A stretch of 63,777 nucleotides of DNA, the filler included, from Atractiella rhizophila (lineage: Eukaryota): assembly GCA_021432655.1 (NCBI GenBank). It is 7 parts of 7 records of this genome, joined end to end, with 100 filler letters (N's around TTAATTAATTAA, not from the genome) between each part and the next. Parts side by side here need not be neighbours in the genome. Positions count along the whole stretch, not along the records: positions 57,096 to 63,777 come from MU272045.1; 6 more parts are not named here. The stretch is one strand, 5' to 3'. Numbering within the stretch: position 1 is the first letter of the stretch; each line of letters opens with the position of its first letter. A model generated the notes under the pieces. That model made no database searches, had not been told where the DNA came from, and saw only the letters and a program-made list of their open reading frames with translations. The translations under genes were made by a program, and so were the position numbers. This document shows positions 61,826 through 63,777 of this stretch, piece after piece.

Positions 61826-63777
61826 ATGGATGGCCAGGCAATCAATTACAAGTCGGAGAAGGAGGAATTCGTGTCCAACACCAATGGAGGGACGGTGTTG
61901 AGCATCAATCTCGTCTGTCTCACAGCTCTCGTCAGTCATTTCATCTGTTTTCTTCGCTTTTCCGCACTTTGCTTCTGCTACCATCAAGGTTTAAAGCTCA
62001 CGGTTTCTCGGTGTGTCCGTTTGGGGCATGTTTAGACCAGCTACGCGCTCTGGATCGCCTTCAGTGCTCAGAGACGGAGAGCTCGAACAGACGTAACTCC
62101 ATCTCATGGACAGCGAAGGTCGAACGATACAGAAGAAGCGACAGGATGGCAGGCTTTCTTCGTCGAATATACCCTTCTCATTTTACCCCTAATCGGGGCG
62201 CTTACATCACTCTCTTCGCTTCCAATCACCCTCAACCTCTCCCTCGTGTTTCTCGCAATCGTTCTTATTTCTTCCTCCACCTCAGCCTACTCTTCGAATC
62301 CAAAATCTCCTTCCTCCCGAGCGCCATCGCTTCCCGGCACACCAAGGTCACATCACAAACGTGACAGCTCGTCTCACTTTGTGGTGAAGACGAACGACTC
62401 CTCTCCAGAGTCCATAGGCATCCTCATGACGCCCCAAAGCCACCTCCCGCATACGTCACCCACGCATGCCAGCTTTCGAGAAACCAAACCTCCCCCGTCT
62501 CCCCTACTCCCTCATGAGCTGTTCAGGAAACCATTCATCACAGTCTATCGAGCACACATGATGATCATGACTGTTCTCTGCATTCTAGCCGTCGACTTTA
62601 GGATCTTCCCGAGGGAGTTCGCAAAGTGTGAGACCTGGGGAACCTCCATCGTCAGTCGTCTCTTCCCTCCTTTTCATCCTAAACTTACTTCGGTGCCACT
62701 CGTTGCTCTTGTAGATGGATCTCGGAGTGGGATCTTTTGTGTTCTCACTAGGTATCATCTCCGCCATCCCTCGCCTGCGATCACGACAGACACGTCCATT
62801 CCTGCATTCAGTCCAAAAATCATTCCTCAAGTCTCTCCCAGTCCTCATCCTCGGCCTCCTGCGGGTACTAGCCGTGAAAGGAGTCGAGTATCCCGTAATC
62901 CTTCTTTCTCTCCTTCATCCTGGCGCTTCTGACCAGATCCCATGCAGGAACATGTGACCGAGTACGGAGTCCACTGGAACTTCTTCTTCACCCTTGGAGC
63001 TATCGGCGTTTGCGGCGTATGTTTCGATGCACTTTCTTCAAAGGTGGACTACGTCGTCCTTGGGCTATTCACAACAGCTTGTGCGCCTTCACCTCTTTTG
63101 CGTTGCCCTCGATCAACTTTTTTTGCTCACAATGATTCCTTGATTAGTACACCAGTTCTCCCTCCAGCGCTGGGGGCTCCAAGAATGGGCCTTATTTGCT
63201 GAACGCACCAACATCTTCTCGCAGAATAAAGAGGGCATCACCTCCTTCCCTGGTAGGTTTATTTCCCCAGCATCTCCCACGGCGGGCATCATGTTTCTTT
63301 GCAGGCTACTTGGCCATTTTCCTCCTTGGCACATCCACTGGAATCTATGTCCTACCACCAGATCCCTACTTCATCTATCGCTCACTCGGCACGAAATCGC
63401 TGCGTCAAAAGCCGGGGAAACTCGCCAGCGTCCTTAGCGGATATTCCATACTTTGGTGGGCCGCATTGGCCGTTGTTCGGTATGGGTTGGAGATTGACGT
63501 TTCTCGACGACTGGCATGTCCTTCCTCCTGAACTCACTTCGTCCCTTGATTATTGACGAAAATATATTATGTGCAGGCGAATGTCTCATATGTCCTCTGG
63601 ATAACAGCATTCAACGTCAGCTTCATCCTTTGCTACCTTCTCGTCGAAATTGCAGTCAAATCTTTCCTTCTGGACTCCGAGGTTAAACTGAGAGGAACAG
63701 AGGAGACATCGTTGCTCGTGCCGAATCTTTTCGAAAGTATAAATCTACATGGGCTATGGGTATTCCTAATTGTACGT
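61826..63777 (+). CDS. GWT1: GPI inositol acyltransferase (PIG-W), runs off window end
   Basis: [98 protein letters not shown]. Confidence 0.95.

Noticed and set aside
1..63777. CRISPR arrays, rRNA, riboswitches or intact transposase/RT genes
   Set aside because: No regularly spaced repeats or diagnostic motifs seen by eye; a covariance-model or HMM search would be needed to exclude small elements.

Overview
Intron-rich fungal nuclear DNA. Introns are mostly about 50-65 nt with frequent GTGCGT/GTACGT/GTCCGT donors, which suggests a basidiomycete, plausibly Pucciniomycotina (inference). The window is a concatenation: six 100-nt N spacers each carry the artificial six-frame-stop linker TTAATTAATTAA, and there is one 733-nt N gap, so adjacency across these points is not evidence of linkage. 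Housekeeping genes: NOP58, ECM31/panB, a class III (SIRT5/CobB-type) sirtuin, YSH1 (truncated), FMN1, RPC25, a Pol mu-like X-family polymerase, a YTH m6A-reader, GWT1 (truncated) and tRNA-Ser(CGA) with a 9-nt intron. Accessory content: three tandem paralogues of an unrecognised family; six copies of a DUF6533-type 7TM family (three apparently intact, one contig-truncated, one with a frameshifted tail, one pseudogene) sharing promoter motifs; a membrane-anchored GH28 with altered active-site motifs; a secreted cupredoxin; a GNAT; an RTA1/DUF3112-like 7TM protein; and an intron-split Zn2Cys6 factor next to a DapA-family aldolase. The clearest structural anomaly is a 592-bp insertion flanked by an 8-bp direct repeat in intron 1 of the polymerase gene. 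All exon structures were assembled by eye.
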